This document shows positions 1 through 8,319 of a stretch of DNA of 57,983 bases, piece after piece. The stretch comes from a virus. Lineage: Duplodnaviria > Caudoviricetes. The stretch lies in the IMG/VR virus record IMGVR_UViG_3300045743_000846, positions 1-57,983 of that record; one strand, written 5' to 3'. Numbering within the stretch: position 1 is the stretch's first letter; each line of letters begins with the position of its first letter. Made by a program: the position numbers and the translations under genes. The notes under the pieces are model-generated. The model searched no databases and had not been told where the DNA came from. It was given only the letters and a program-made list of their open reading frames with translations.

Positions 1-1344
1 ATGAATTTTGATGCCCGTACCGCCAAGTCCCTGCCCGCTGGCCAATCCCTTACTTTCCCTGCCTACCCCGGCTTACGCTTTGCAGCAGGCAAGAAATCCC
101 GAAGCTGGATTTATCGCTACAAAAGCCCGATTGATGACATCATGCGCCAGATCAAGATTGGTGCATGGCCTGCCAAGTCTTGGGAAGGTGCGGTGGTGGA
201 ATGGGAGAAACTGCGCGCCATCCGGCAAAATGATCGTGACCCGGCACTGGAGCAACGCGAACAGCGCACCATCAAGAAACAGAAGGAGAAACAACAGGCG
301 GTAGAAACCCAAGCCGCCACCTATACACTTGGCATGCTGATCCAAGACTATTTGACCGGTCACGTTGAGCGCAACCGCCAAGCAAGTAGTGCCAAAAACA
401 TGCGCCATTTGCTGGAATCGATTCCAGCCGACATCGCCAAGTTACCAGCAGCAGGCATCACCCGCAAACAGGCGTTTGACTTGATTTCGGCCCGGGCCGA
501 TACTCCGGTTGCGGCGCAAACCCTGCGCCAGGAATTGGCAGCAGCGTGGAATTATGGCTTGGATGCCGAACTCTTGCCAGAAACCACGCCCAACTGGTGG
601 CAACGCGTGCTCAAGGGCAAACTCAAGAGTCAGGGCAGGAAGATTAACGGCAAGAACATCGGCGCACAAAAGCGCGTGCTGTCAGAAGCAGAGATTGCCA
701 AGCTCATGTTGTGGCTGCCGAATTTTAATTCCCGTAAAATCAGCGACATCCTAACGCTGTATTTATGGACTGGCACCCGTGGCGGGGAAATTGTGGCAAT
801 GGAAGCCAAGGAAATCACGCAAGAGAATGGTCAATGGTGGTGGACGATTCCCAAGCATAAAACCAAGAACGCGCGCCATGCCGGAGCCACGGATTTACGC
901 GTACCGCTGTTTGGTCGGGCCGAGCGGATTGTGCGGCAACGCTTGGAGACGAATCCCACCGGCTTCCTGTTTGCATCGAAGCGCACCATCAAAACAGGTC
1001 ACTTCAGCCAAAGCAGCATCGGCGATGCGGTGAACTTTCATCAGCCCTATTGCCAAAAAGTCCCGACACAAGCACGGCCACGGCTGGAAGTGGTCTATTG
1101 GGCACCGCATGACCTGCGCCGCACCACCCGCACGCTATTGGCGGCAATTGGCTGCCCGGATGCCGTGGCCGAATCGATTCTTGGCCACATGCAAACCGGA
1201 ATTATCGGCATCTACAACCGCTATGCCTATGACAAGGAACGGGTGGAATGGTTGCGCAAACTGAGCGAGAAGCTGGAGCAAATCATTGCAGACGAATCGG
1301 CGGCACAGTCTGAAACCGTGGCAGACTTCTTGCTGGCGGCTTAG
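1..1344 (+). CDS. int: Tyrosine recombinase / P4-like integrase with N-terminal arm-binding domain
   Basis: N-terminal GLRF..GKKSRSWIYRY..IKIGAWP arm-binding pattern; catalytic motifs TGTRGGE, HDLRRT, LGH and IYNRY are all intact. Confidence 0.95.
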   Translation: MNFDARTAKSLPAGQSLTFPAYPGLRFAAGKKSRSWIYRYKSPIDDIMRQIKIGAWPAKSWEGAVVEWEKLRAIRQNDRDPALEQREQRTIKKQKEKQQAVETQAATYTLGMLIQDYLTGHVERNRQASSAKNMRHLLESIPADIAKLPAAGITRKQAFDLISARADTPVAAQTLRQELAAAWNYGLDAELLPETTPNWWQRVLKGKLKSQGRKINGKNIGAQKRVLSEAEIAKLMLWLPNFNSRKISDILTLYLWTGTRGGEIVAMEAKEITQENGQWWWTIPKHKTKNARHAGATDLRVPLFGRAERIVRQRLETNPTGFLFASKRTIKTGHFSQSSIGDAVNFHQPYCQKVPTQARPRLEVVYWAPHDLRRTTRTLLAAIGCPDAVAESILGHMQTGIIGIYNRYAYDKERVEWLRKLSEKLEQIIADESAAQSETVADFLLAA

Positions 1345-1607
1345 TTCTTGTTGTTGGCGCGCCCGCTACTGCTACGCCCGCCGCTACCACGCCGCCCGCC
1401 GGTATTCGGCGGCGGCGGCAAATCCGACACCGGGCGCTGTTCGCTCCATTCCACCAATTCCCGATACAGCCACGCCACCCGATGCGGTGATATTTGCCGT
1501 GGCTTGGGGAATTGGCCATCGCGCACCAAGCGCTGAATCGTGGCCGGGGCCAGTGCAATCACTTCTGGCAACCCGGCCAAATCAATATACAGCGGTTTGC
1601 TTGCCAT
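1341..1607 (-). CDS. alpA: AlpA-family HTH excisionase / regulator
   Basis: LAPATIQRLVRDGQFPKPRQISPHRVAW is the AlpA signature; convergent with int, stop codons overlap. Confidence 0.9.
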   Translation of the reverse strand: MASKPLYIDLAGLPEVIALAPATIQRLVRDGQFPKPRQISPHRVAWLYRELVEWSEQRPVSDLPPPPNTGGRRGSGGRSSSGRANNKN

Positions 1608-1641
1608 GCAGGAGCCTCAATACAGAATACGAAAGAATCGC

Positions 1642-1682
1642 ACTGTATCACTGGCAAAAACAGAAGTCAAACATTTGTTTAA
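1642..1682 (-). promoter_or_regulatory. Leftward early promoter for alpA with overlapping putative repressor operator
   Basis: Minus strand TTGACT (1670-1665), 17 nt, TACAGT (1647-1642); operator-like TTAAAC-aaat-GTTTGA (1682-1667) overlaps the -35. Confidence 0.6.
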
Positions 1683-1714
1683 GTTTGATTGAACGCCGCT
1701 TGATTGCTCGCCAC

Positions 1715-2686
1715 CTAATTCACCACATGCATCGCAGCGCGCCTGCCCTCGGGCGAGCTTTCATAGTCGGCCAGCATTTGATCGTCGGTCGCGCCATCGG
1801 TGATGTCGGTCAGCACATCCTGCACTTCCGGGGTTAAGCGGGTGATTTTGTCGATCAGGGTCAGCACTTCGGGAGAAAAGTGGTCGGTAAATTCGATTTG
1901 GTCATAGATCAAATCTTCACAGGCATCATACAATTCGATGGCATCTTGCCGTGCCCATTCCATGCGTTGCAGGTCGGCTTGGCGTTGTTCATCATCGAGC
2001 AATTGATCGACCATGACCTTACCAAACCACACGATTCCCGCCAGCGGCAAATCCAGCCAGCGCCAATCAATGTGGGTTGGCATGGAAAACGCTGCCAAGC
2101 CACCCAGCAGCAAGGCCACGACCAGCGCGGCATAAGCGCATCGGTCATGCCGCGTGGTGGGCAACGCCTTGCGCGGATCAGCTTTAAGCATGCCCTGCGA
2201 AACATAGCCATGCGGGCCAAACACCGGCCATCCGGCAAAAGCGCTGCCATCGTCTGTGGTGCCGGGCCACAGCAAGCGCACGACCTTGGCAAACAGAATG
2301 GCAGAATTGAACGCTTGCCAGGCATCAGGCGCTTGATGCAGGCAGGCCATGGCCAGGCCAAACAGTTGAATCAGGCTGTCATAAAATGCCAAATCCAGCA
2401 TATCGCGCACCAGATCACCCTTGCCCCAGTTTCTGAGCAAGATCAGCCACAGCACGGAAAAAAGCAACAACATGCCATGGCGTAGCGGTTCGCTGGTGGC
2501 GTAGTGCGCTATGTAGTCGGTGGCAAGATTCTGGCCAATGGCGATAAACACCGCTCCCAGGGCCAGACGCTGAAACAGTTCATGAGACAAGGCGGTTTTG
2601 CCGGGTAGGCGTGGCAGACGTGGCAGACGCAACAAAGCAATAACGGTGGTAAAGGCGGTGGCAAAGGCGGTGGCAAGGGCGTGCAT
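1715..2686 (-). CDS. Multi-pass membrane protein with C-terminal coiled coil / helical hook; paralogue of 55089..55937
   Basis: About 6 hydrophobic segments; motifs RDMLDLAFYD, RLLW and WPVFGPHG are shared with the 55089 protein; acidic cytoplasmic tail. Confidence 0.8.
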   Translation of the reverse strand: MHALATAFATAFTTVIALLRLPRLPRLPGKTALSHELFQRLALGAVFIAIGQNLATDYIAHYATSEPLRHGMLLLFSVLWLILLRNWGKGDLVRDMLDLAFYDSLIQLFGLAMACLHQAPDAWQAFNSAILFAKVVRLLWPGTTDDGSAFAGWPVFGPHGYVSQGMLKADPRKALPTTRHDRCAYAALVVALLLGGLAAFSMPTHIDWRWLDLPLAGIVWFGKVMVDQLLDDEQRQADLQRMEWARQDAIELYDACEDLIYDQIEFTDHFSPEVLTLIDKITRLTPEVQDVLTDITDGATDDQMLADYESSPEGRRAAMHVVN

Positions 2687-2716
2687 GATTACAGCAAGGA
2701 AATATTGATCAGCGGA

Positions 2717-2725
2717 ATTATATCA
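2717..2725 (-). promoter_or_regulatory. Extended -10 promoter for the membrane protein gene
   Basis: Minus strand TGaTATAAT between the repressor stop (2740) and the ATG at 2686. Confidence 0.5.
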
Positions 2726-2739
2726 AGCAAAAGACTTTT

Positions 2740-3540
2740 TTACCCTGCATTCGCTACATTAATTTCTTGCGAGTAATTATCAGTCGAATCAGACGGGATG
2801 GCGGCGCGTAAAATGGCGCGTTGCACGGCTGGCGTGCTGGTGCGATATTGGGCCACCAAGCGCAATTCGAGCCGGGTGCAACCGGTGTCGCTGTCGATTT
2901 CATCATCATCGGGTAGCACATTGGCACAGTGGGCCGCATGGCGCACCACCCGTTGCAGGCCGGGTTTGAGTCCCCGGAAGCCGAGCAACAGCCGTTGTTC
3001 ATCGATGGCAAATGCCGTCAGATCGATATCCGGTGCCGCTGCCACGCGCAAGGGCAAGCGTTCATTGACCGCACGGCAAAACTGCTGCGCCAATTCTTCA
3101 ATCGTCTCTTCATCGGCAATCCGCATCACGCGCACAATCTTGCGCAAGGCGTTTTGTGTGGCCGGGTCGGCAGAACGGTAGCCATCGAGCAGGCTTTGTT
3201 CCACCGGATCAAGCGTGGTGGCAGGCGATGTAGCAGCCACGGGCGCATTGCTTGCCATGGCTGCGCCCATAGTCGCACCCAAATTCGCCCCCAAATCGGC
3301 CCCCAAATTCGCCCCCATAAACCCCTGATCAAAATACATCGGCGGCAGGTTAAGCGTGGCTTCCAGCTTGCGCGCCACCCCCTCACCAAAATTGCGACCT
3401 TCGCGGAAAGTGCCGGACAGCAATTGCGAAGTGCGGGCTTCGGTGCATTCTGCCGCTTCGGAAAAGCGCGGGCGACTGCCGCCAAACTGGTGGGCAATCA
3501 GGTCGTTCAAGCGTTGGCGGCGGTGTGCATGTATGTCCAT
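2740..3540 (-). CDS. CI-like XRE/HTH prophage repressor lacking an S24 peptidase domain; three C-terminal helical-hairpin repeats
   Basis: N-terminal RRQRLNDLIAHQFGGSRPRFSEA..RTSQLLSG..RNFGEGVARKLEATLNLPPMYFD is typical of betaproteobacterial phage repressors. It is divergent from the replication genes. Start at ATG 3540 preferred, 6 nt after a TGgTTTAAT -10 (possibly leaderless). Confidence 0.8.
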   Translation of the reverse strand: MDIHAHRRQRLNDLIAHQFGGSRPRFSEAAECTEARTSQLLSGTFREGRNFGEGVARKLEATLNLPPMYFDQGFMGANLGADLGANLGATMGAAMASNAPVAATSPATTLDPVEQSLLDGYRSADPATQNALRKIVRVMRIADEETIEELAQQFCRAVNERLPLRVAAAPDIDLTAFAIDEQRLLLGFRGLKPGLQRVVRHAAHCANVLPDDDEIDSDTGCTRLELRLVAQYRTSTPAVQRAILRAAIPSDSTDNYSQEINVANAG

Positions 3541-3547
3541 CCCGCCA

Positions 3548-3563
3548 TTAAACCATAGTTTGA
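3548..3563. promoter_or_regulatory. Putative repressor operator TTAAAC-N4-GTTTGA
   Basis: ttaaaccatagtttga has the same arms as the site at 1667-1682 (minus strand) and resembles 3650-3665. Confidence 0.55.
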
Positions 3564-3638
3564 CCATAAACAACAAACTCAAACAAAAAAAGGAAGATGC
3601 GTGCTTGTCCGCACAAAGATAAAACAAATGCGCATTGT

Positions 3639-3667
3639 TTGACTTTTGTTTAAACTATTGTTATATT
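3639..3667 (+). promoter_or_regulatory. Rightward early promoter (PR-like) with overlapping operator
   Basis: TTGACT (3639-3644), 17 nt, TATATT (3662-3667); operator-like TTAAAC-tatt-GTTATA at 3650-3665. Confidence 0.65.
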
Positions 3668-3743
3668 TCACCCCATGATACGTTTCCCTCTTTCCGATTG
3701 CCTGCCATGACACCCTGCAATAGCACCTAAACCGAACTGACAT

Positions 3744-3786
3744 CCGGGCTGCTGGCGCTTGCCAGTCACCGCCCCGGCTTTCTTTT
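3744..3786 (+). terminator. Possible leader terminator/attenuator upstream of replication genes
   Basis: Interrupted stem ccggg..ctggc-gctt-gccag..cccgg followed by tttctttt. Confidence 0.3.
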
Positions 3787-3870
3787 GCTGTCCCCGATGA
3801 TGGCCCCCAGTGCGGCCACGGGGGACGCTTTGCCCAAAATTTGCCGAACCTAGCCCTGAAAGCCTTGCCT

Positions 3871-5202
3871 ATGCATTATTACCCTCACAATATTGGCGAC
3901 CATAAAAAATTGACCGCGCACTTCTCGGTGTTGGAGCTGGGCGCATACAGCCTGATGCTGGATCGATATTTCGACACTGAAACGCCATTGCTGGCCGACG
4001 AAAGCCGCCTGTTTCGGCTGTTGCGCCTATCCAGCGCCGAAGAACAACAAGCCGGACGGCGCGTACTGCAAGACATTTTTACCCTGACCGAAGCCGGATG
4101 GCAACATAACGGCTGTGAAAAGGCGATAGCGCACTTTCGCAGCAAGAGCGCGCAATCGGCCCGCGCGGCCAACCTGCGCTGGAAAAAACAAAGCGCGACC
4201 AAGGCCAACAGCCAGCCGGGATTGTTCAAGGCCGACACGGGGGGCAAGGGCGGCAAGGGGGACGGGTATCATGAACTCTACGATCACGACCGCATGCCGC
4301 CACCGCTCGATATCATGGAACCGATAGCGGCGTTTGATTTCGATGACAGGGATGTAAAAGCAGCAAAGGAAGCAACGGCGGCACCCGAGACATGGCAAGC
4401 AAGTCCGGCCCCTGTTGCCGATATGGTGGCAGCTTGGGAAGTACCTGCCGATATGGCGGCACCTTGGGATGTCCCTGCCGACCTGGCCCCGCCATGGGAA
4501 GCCCCGGCCAATATGGTTGCACCATGGGAAGAATCTGCCGCAGCAACCGTTGCCGCGCCAGTCGAACCGGTAGCGCCCGCACTGTGTCCGCAATGCCAAC
4601 GCCATGCGGACGCATTGCCGCACAGCGCACAGGCCGAGATAGCGCCGGAAACCACGCCCGAGCCAGCGCCAACCGCAACCCATACCCTGCCCAATGGCCC
4701 CGATCCAGCGCGTTCCCCATTAAAACCGGCTTCTTTTGTGCCGCCGCAATGCGAACCCTATGCGAACGCATTGCCAACCAGTATACCAATAACCGTAGAC
4801 AGTAAACCTCCACCTATAAGGACATCTCCTAGTGGAGAGAGAGCAAGCGCGAAGCGCTTGCCTGCCAACTGGCAACCGAGCGAACAGGATATTCAATTTT
4901 GCCAAACCGAACGGCCCGATCTGGAGCCGCACGCAGTCGCGGCCAAGTTCCGCGATTACTGGATTGCCGCGCCCGACAGGAACGGCAAGAAAGCCGACTG
5001 GCCCGCCACTTGGCGCAATTGGGTACGCAGTGAGCGCAGCGCGCGTACTGATCGTACCGGCGCGTACCGCAACGCCAGCGAAAAACGCCTTGAATTCTCA
5101 CAACAACTCACCGGACAAACCGACCATGAACACCGAATCTTCGACCTCAACCCCTACCCCGAGCACTGCTCTGCCCATCGCGTGGATCAAATTCCTTTTT
5201 AA
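3871..5202 (+). CDS. Phage replication initiator, YdaU/DUF1376 family
   Basis: MHYYPHNIGD..LSVLELGAYSLMLDRYF-like N-terminus; C-terminal RLPANWQP..KFRDYW..KADWPATWRNWVR domain. Confidence 0.88.
   Translation: MHYYPHNIGDHKKLTAHFSVLELGAYSLMLDRYFDTETPLLADESRLFRLLRLSSAEEQQAGRRVLQDIFTLTEAGWQHNGCEKAIAHFRSKSAQSARAANLRWKKQSATKANSQPGLFKADTGGKGGKGDGYHELYDHDRMPPPLDIMEPIAAFDFDDRDVKAAKEATAAPETWQASPAPVADMVAAWEVPADMAAPWDVPADLAPPWEAPANMVAPWEESAAATVAAPVEPVAPALCPQCQRHADALPHSAQAEIAPETTPEPAPTATHTLPNGPDPARSPLKPASFVPPQCEPYANALPTSIPITVDSKPPPIRTSPSGERASAKRLPANWQPSEQDIQFCQTERPDLEPHAVAAKFRDYWIAAPDRNGKKADWPATWRNWVRSERSARTDRTGAYRNASEKRLEFSQQLTGQTDHEHRIFDLNPYPEHCSAHRVDQIPF
4417..4536 (+). repeat. Four degenerate 30-bp tandem repeats inside the replication initiator
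   Basis: Encode ADMVAAWEVP / ADMAAPWDVP / ADLAPPWEAP / ANMVAPWEES. Confidence 0.75.
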
Positions 5203-5848
5203 CAAGATGAATCTGACCTATGGCAAGCGCTTCATCGACCAATGGATTGGCGTAAAACCGGACGCCATGATCGAACACTGGGCGCATGAATTGGCCGGGT
5301 ATTCACGCGAAGAACTGCAAAACGGCTATCTGGCCATGCAAAGCCGCGATTGGCCGCCAACCTTGCCCGAGTTCAAAAAGCTATGCCGCCCGCCACTCGA
5401 TGCGCTGGCCGCGTACTACGAAGCGCTACGCGGCCTCGAAGCACGGCGCAAGGGCCAAATGGGCCATTGGTCACACCCGGCAATTTATTGGGCGGCCTGT
5501 CCGATGACGTTTGACTTATTGCACCAGACTTGGGCCAGCCTGTCCGGGCGCTGGGACAAGGCATTGCACGAACAATTGGCCCAAGGCACATGGCAGCCGA
5601 TTCCCCCGGTGGCACCGGCCTTACCGTATCAACCCGGCAATGCCAACCGAGGCACGGCCAATACGCACGCCTCCCGTGTGCTGGCGCAATTGAACGCACA
5701 TGGAGTAAGCCTGCACGCCAACAGCCGGATCGACCATAAGCGCTGGGCCAAGCGCTTGTTGCAACGGGCCGAACAGGGCGATGTCAACGTCACACCGATC
5801 ATGTTGCGCATGGCCAAAGCCGCGCTGGGGATGATCCATGAAATGTGA
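5126..5848 (+). CDS. Replication protein P-like helicase loader
   Basis: LFNKMNLTYGKRFIDQW, WPPTLPEFKKLCRP, AYYEA and WSHPAIYWAA motifs; overlaps the initiator 3' end; ATG at 5126. Confidence 0.8.
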   Translation: MNTESSTSTPTPSTALPIAWIKFLFNKMNLTYGKRFIDQWIGVKPDAMIEHWAHELAGYSREELQNGYLAMQSRDWPPTLPEFKKLCRPPLDALAAYYEALRGLEARRKGQMGHWSHPAIYWAACPMTFDLLHQTWASLSGRWDKALHEQLAQGTWQPIPPVAPALPYQPGNANRGTANTHASRVLAQLNAHGVSLHANSRIDHKRWAKRLLQRAEQGDVNVTPIMLRMAKAALGMIHEM

Positions 5849-6110
5849 TTTCTGTTTAACCGATGCCGCACGCCTGAACCGAAACCTGCCGTGTTGCCAG
5901 TTGCGCCAGTTGGCCAATGCGCCACCGCACATCGTGCGCGCAGCCGAAGCGGAACCGGCCAAACGCGGGATAGACGCATTGCGCCAATTTCAGGCGCAAC
6001 TTGATGCAGAAAGAAAGCGGCTGGCCGAGCTGCGCCAGCGTCGTGTGAACCATATCGCCAGCCTGAGCATGAACCACATTGCCCAGGTATTGAATAGCGG
6101 GGAGCCATGA
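5838..6110 (+). CDS. Small phage hypothetical protein (Cys pairs, possible Zn binding)
   Basis: Overlaps the upstream stop; CDFC..CCQLR. Confidence 0.6.
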   Translation: MKCDFCLTDAARLNRNLPCCQLRQLANAPPHIVRAAEAEPAKRGIDALRQFQAQLDAERKRLAELRQRRVNHIASLSMNHIAQVLNSGEP

Positions 6111-6191
6111 CCGAACCACAAACCGAACCAAACCGAATCGAAACCACGCAATCAACCTGTATCAACCAACCTCAACAAGGAACCCGCCCCC

Positions 6192-6617
6192 ATGTACTTC
6201 CCGGAAAAGAATTCCCGTGGCCGATTGATCCTGCAAACCCTGCGCCGTGGCCCGATGACGGTATGGCAGGGCATCGAGCAGCACGGCTATTTTGTGACAG
6301 AAGCCCGCCCGAACGGCGTCAAGTATGAAGACATCCTGTACTTGTACTGCCAACTGGTGGAGCGTGGCTGTCTGTTGCGCGACGGCCTGAAATATCGCTT
6401 GAGCAGCGCCGCCAGCAACAAGCTCGATCAACTGAACGCGATCCCGCGCATCACCACCATAGCCGCGCCGCGTGAATTCGACATTTGGAAAGCCCCCGGC
6501 CCCGGCCACCCGAACCGGCTTACCGGGCGCACCACCCGTGTCGATTTTATCCAATTGCCCAAGCCAGCCACCAACCCAGCCACCAACCCAAACAAGGCCA
6601 ACCATGAAACCGCGTGA
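6192..6617 (+). CDS. Phage hypothetical protein, winged-helix-like
   Basis: AAGGA RBS upstream; GRLILQTLRRGPMT..LYCQLVERG; overlaps the next start. Confidence 0.65.
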   Translation: MYFPEKNSRGRLILQTLRRGPMTVWQGIEQHGYFVTEARPNGVKYEDILYLYCQLVERGCLLRDGLKYRLSSAASNKLDQLNAIPRITTIAAPREFDIWKAPGPGHPNRLTGRTTRVDFIQLPKPATNPATNPNKANHETA

Positions 6618-7023
6618 CCCAATTGATGAATATTGCCGTGAATGGGTGATCTGGTGCAGCACCCGCAAATTTTACGCCCAGCCACCCAAGAAAAGCGTAT
6701 TGGCGCGCCTGCAACCGACCCAAACCGGCAAGGAACCGAATGCGCGCAATCATCCCGATATGCAGTACTTCAATATGGCGGTGCATACGCTGGCCGACAT
6801 GGAACCGCATAAAGCGAGCTATCTGGCGTTTGCCGCGCATTATTTGGGCGAAGATGAGGTGGTAAAACGGGTGGCCGACCGGCTGGGGATTGGACGGCAA
6901 ACCTATTACGACCGGGTAAAGCGTTTTGCCAAGGATGCGTACAGCATGAGCCATAGCCTGAAACGCGCTGCCGAACAGCACGGAACAGCAGCCGATGATC
7001 AAGCCAGCGCCGAGGCCGACTAA
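6604..7023 (+). CDS. Late-gene regulator, antiterminator Q-like
   Basis: Last gene before the late leader and terminator; EYCREWVIW N-terminus and C-terminal HTH VKRVADRLGIGRQTYYDRV. Confidence 0.7.
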   Translation: MKPRDPIDEYCREWVIWCSTRKFYAQPPKKSVLARLQPTQTGKEPNARNHPDMQYFNMAVHTLADMEPHKASYLAFAAHYLGEDEVVKRVADRLGIGRQTYYDRVKRFAKDAYSMSHSLKRAAEQHGTAADDQASAEAD

Positions 7024-7208
7024 TCCCCCAAAAAGGGACTGCAAAACCGGGCCAAAGCTGACCCAAAGCCGGTAAAAATCTGACCCAAAGCCAGTGTACG
7101 GAAAAACCCGGACAAAATAGCACTGGCCGTGCCCGTACAAATCGGGCTAAAATTCGCTCCAATTTGATAGTGTCGAAAACTGTCACTTGCGCCAACAGCG
7201 CTCAATGT

Positions 7209-7242
7209 AGCCCGCCTGAACCCGTTCAGCGCGGGCTTTTTT
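7209..7242 (+). terminator. Intrinsic terminator at the start of the late operon (tR'-like)
   Basis: agcccgc-ctgaa-cccg-ttcag-c-gcgggct stem followed by a T run; a TAAAAT -10-like hexamer lies upstream near 7148. Confidence 0.8.
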
Positions 7243-7291
7243 ATTGCCCAATCCGGTAGCCATCCGGCCCCGGTTCAACCGATCCAATCCC

Positions 7292-7486
7292 ATGAACGAA
7301 TCAATCTCCCCCATCTGGTTGCAGATGGCGTTGGCGCTCGCCATGTTGCAGCGCGATTATCAACGCGCCAGTTTGACCACCGCCCGCAGCGCCCTATGGC
7401 AGACACCATGCCATGCACGACAACATGAAGTTACAAAACCGGCCCACATGCTCGACCAGTATGACAGCGCACGGGATGATGCATGA
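7292..7486 (+). CDS. Small hypothetical protein
   Basis: 64-aa ORF whose stop overlaps the terS ATG (ATGA); weak RBS. Confidence 0.35.
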   Translation: MNESISPIWLQMALALAMLQRDYQRASLTTARSALWQTPCHARQHEVTKPAHMLDQYDSARDDA

Positions 7487-8316
7487 CCGAAGTAAAAACC
7501 CTCAACTGGCCCACCATAGAGAAGGACTATCGCGCCGGAGTCAAATCCCTGCGCTCAATTGCGGCTGAACACGGTGTAACTGAAGGTGCCATTCGCAAGC
7601 GCGCCAAGCGCGATCAGTGGGAACGCGACCTGTCGCAACGGATCAAGGCCAAGGCCGATGACCTGGTACGCAGAGCCACGGTACGCGATTTGGTACGCGC
7701 AGAAACGGCGGTTACCGAGCGCGTACTGGTGGAAGTCAATGCCCAGGTGCAAAAAGATGTGATGATGGCGCACCGTAGCGACATCGGCAAAAGCCGCAAA
7801 TTGGCCATGACCCTGATGCGCGAACTGGAGTTGCAAACCGACAATTTGCCGTTGCTGGAACAGTTTGCCGAAATCATGTTCGCGCCGAACGACAAGGGGC
7901 AGGACAAGCAAAACGAGCTGTACCGCAAACTGATTTCGCTCTCTTCCCGCGCCTCCACCCTCAAAACCATGGCCGACGCCCTAAAAACCCTGATCCTGCT
8001 GGAACGGCAGGCGTTTGGGCTGGACAATTTGCAGGAGCAAGACAATGCCGGGGTGGAATCGGTGATTGCGCGCGTGATGGAAAAACATGGCGGGGCCGAA
8101 TTCGTGGAATCGGCGCAGATGGAATTGCCGTATGAGGAAGAAGAAACGCCCGATTCGGTGCCGGGTGGCTTTGTCGGTTCGGGCGATGCTGGCCAGACTG
8201 CGCCGGTTGACGATGCGGAAGATGCGGAGTGGGATGATGATTTTGTCACTGCTGTGGCTGATGAAGTGGCCGATGCGTTGCCCAACCGATTAGCCAACCG
8301 CGCCAACGCAGGCTAA
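7483..8316 (+). CDS. terS: Terminase small subunit
   Basis: N-terminal HTH WPTIEKDYRAGVKSLRSIAAEHGVTEGAIRKRAKRDQWER; LERQAFGLD motif; directly precedes terL; acidic tail. Confidence 0.85.
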   Translation: MTEVKTLNWPTIEKDYRAGVKSLRSIAAEHGVTEGAIRKRAKRDQWERDLSQRIKAKADDLVRRATVRDLVRAETAVTERVLVEVNAQVQKDVMMAHRSDIGKSRKLAMTLMRELELQTDNLPLLEQFAEIMFAPNDKGQDKQNELYRKLISLSSRASTLKTMADALKTLILLERQAFGLDNLQEQDNAGVESVIARVMEKHGGAEFVESAQMELPYEEEETPDSVPGGFVGSGDAGQTAPVDDAEDAEWDDDFVTAVADEVADALPNRLANRANAG

Positions 8317-8319
8317 CCC

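Noticed and set aside
2580-2684. Pro-rich alternative frame (PLPPPLPPPLPP) at the start of the left membrane gene, as a counterpart of the PPPPK peptide
   Set aside because: Preceded by a stop with no ATG or RBS; arises from a 12-bp repeat within the main ORF.
4417-4536. Replication iterons
   Set aside because: Variation falls largely at synonymous or conservative positions, which fits a protein repeat better; an origin role is not excluded but is unsupported.
6107-6328. 73-aa ORF MTEPQTEPNR
   Set aside because: Largely overlaps the better supported 6192..6617 ORF; low-complexity start.
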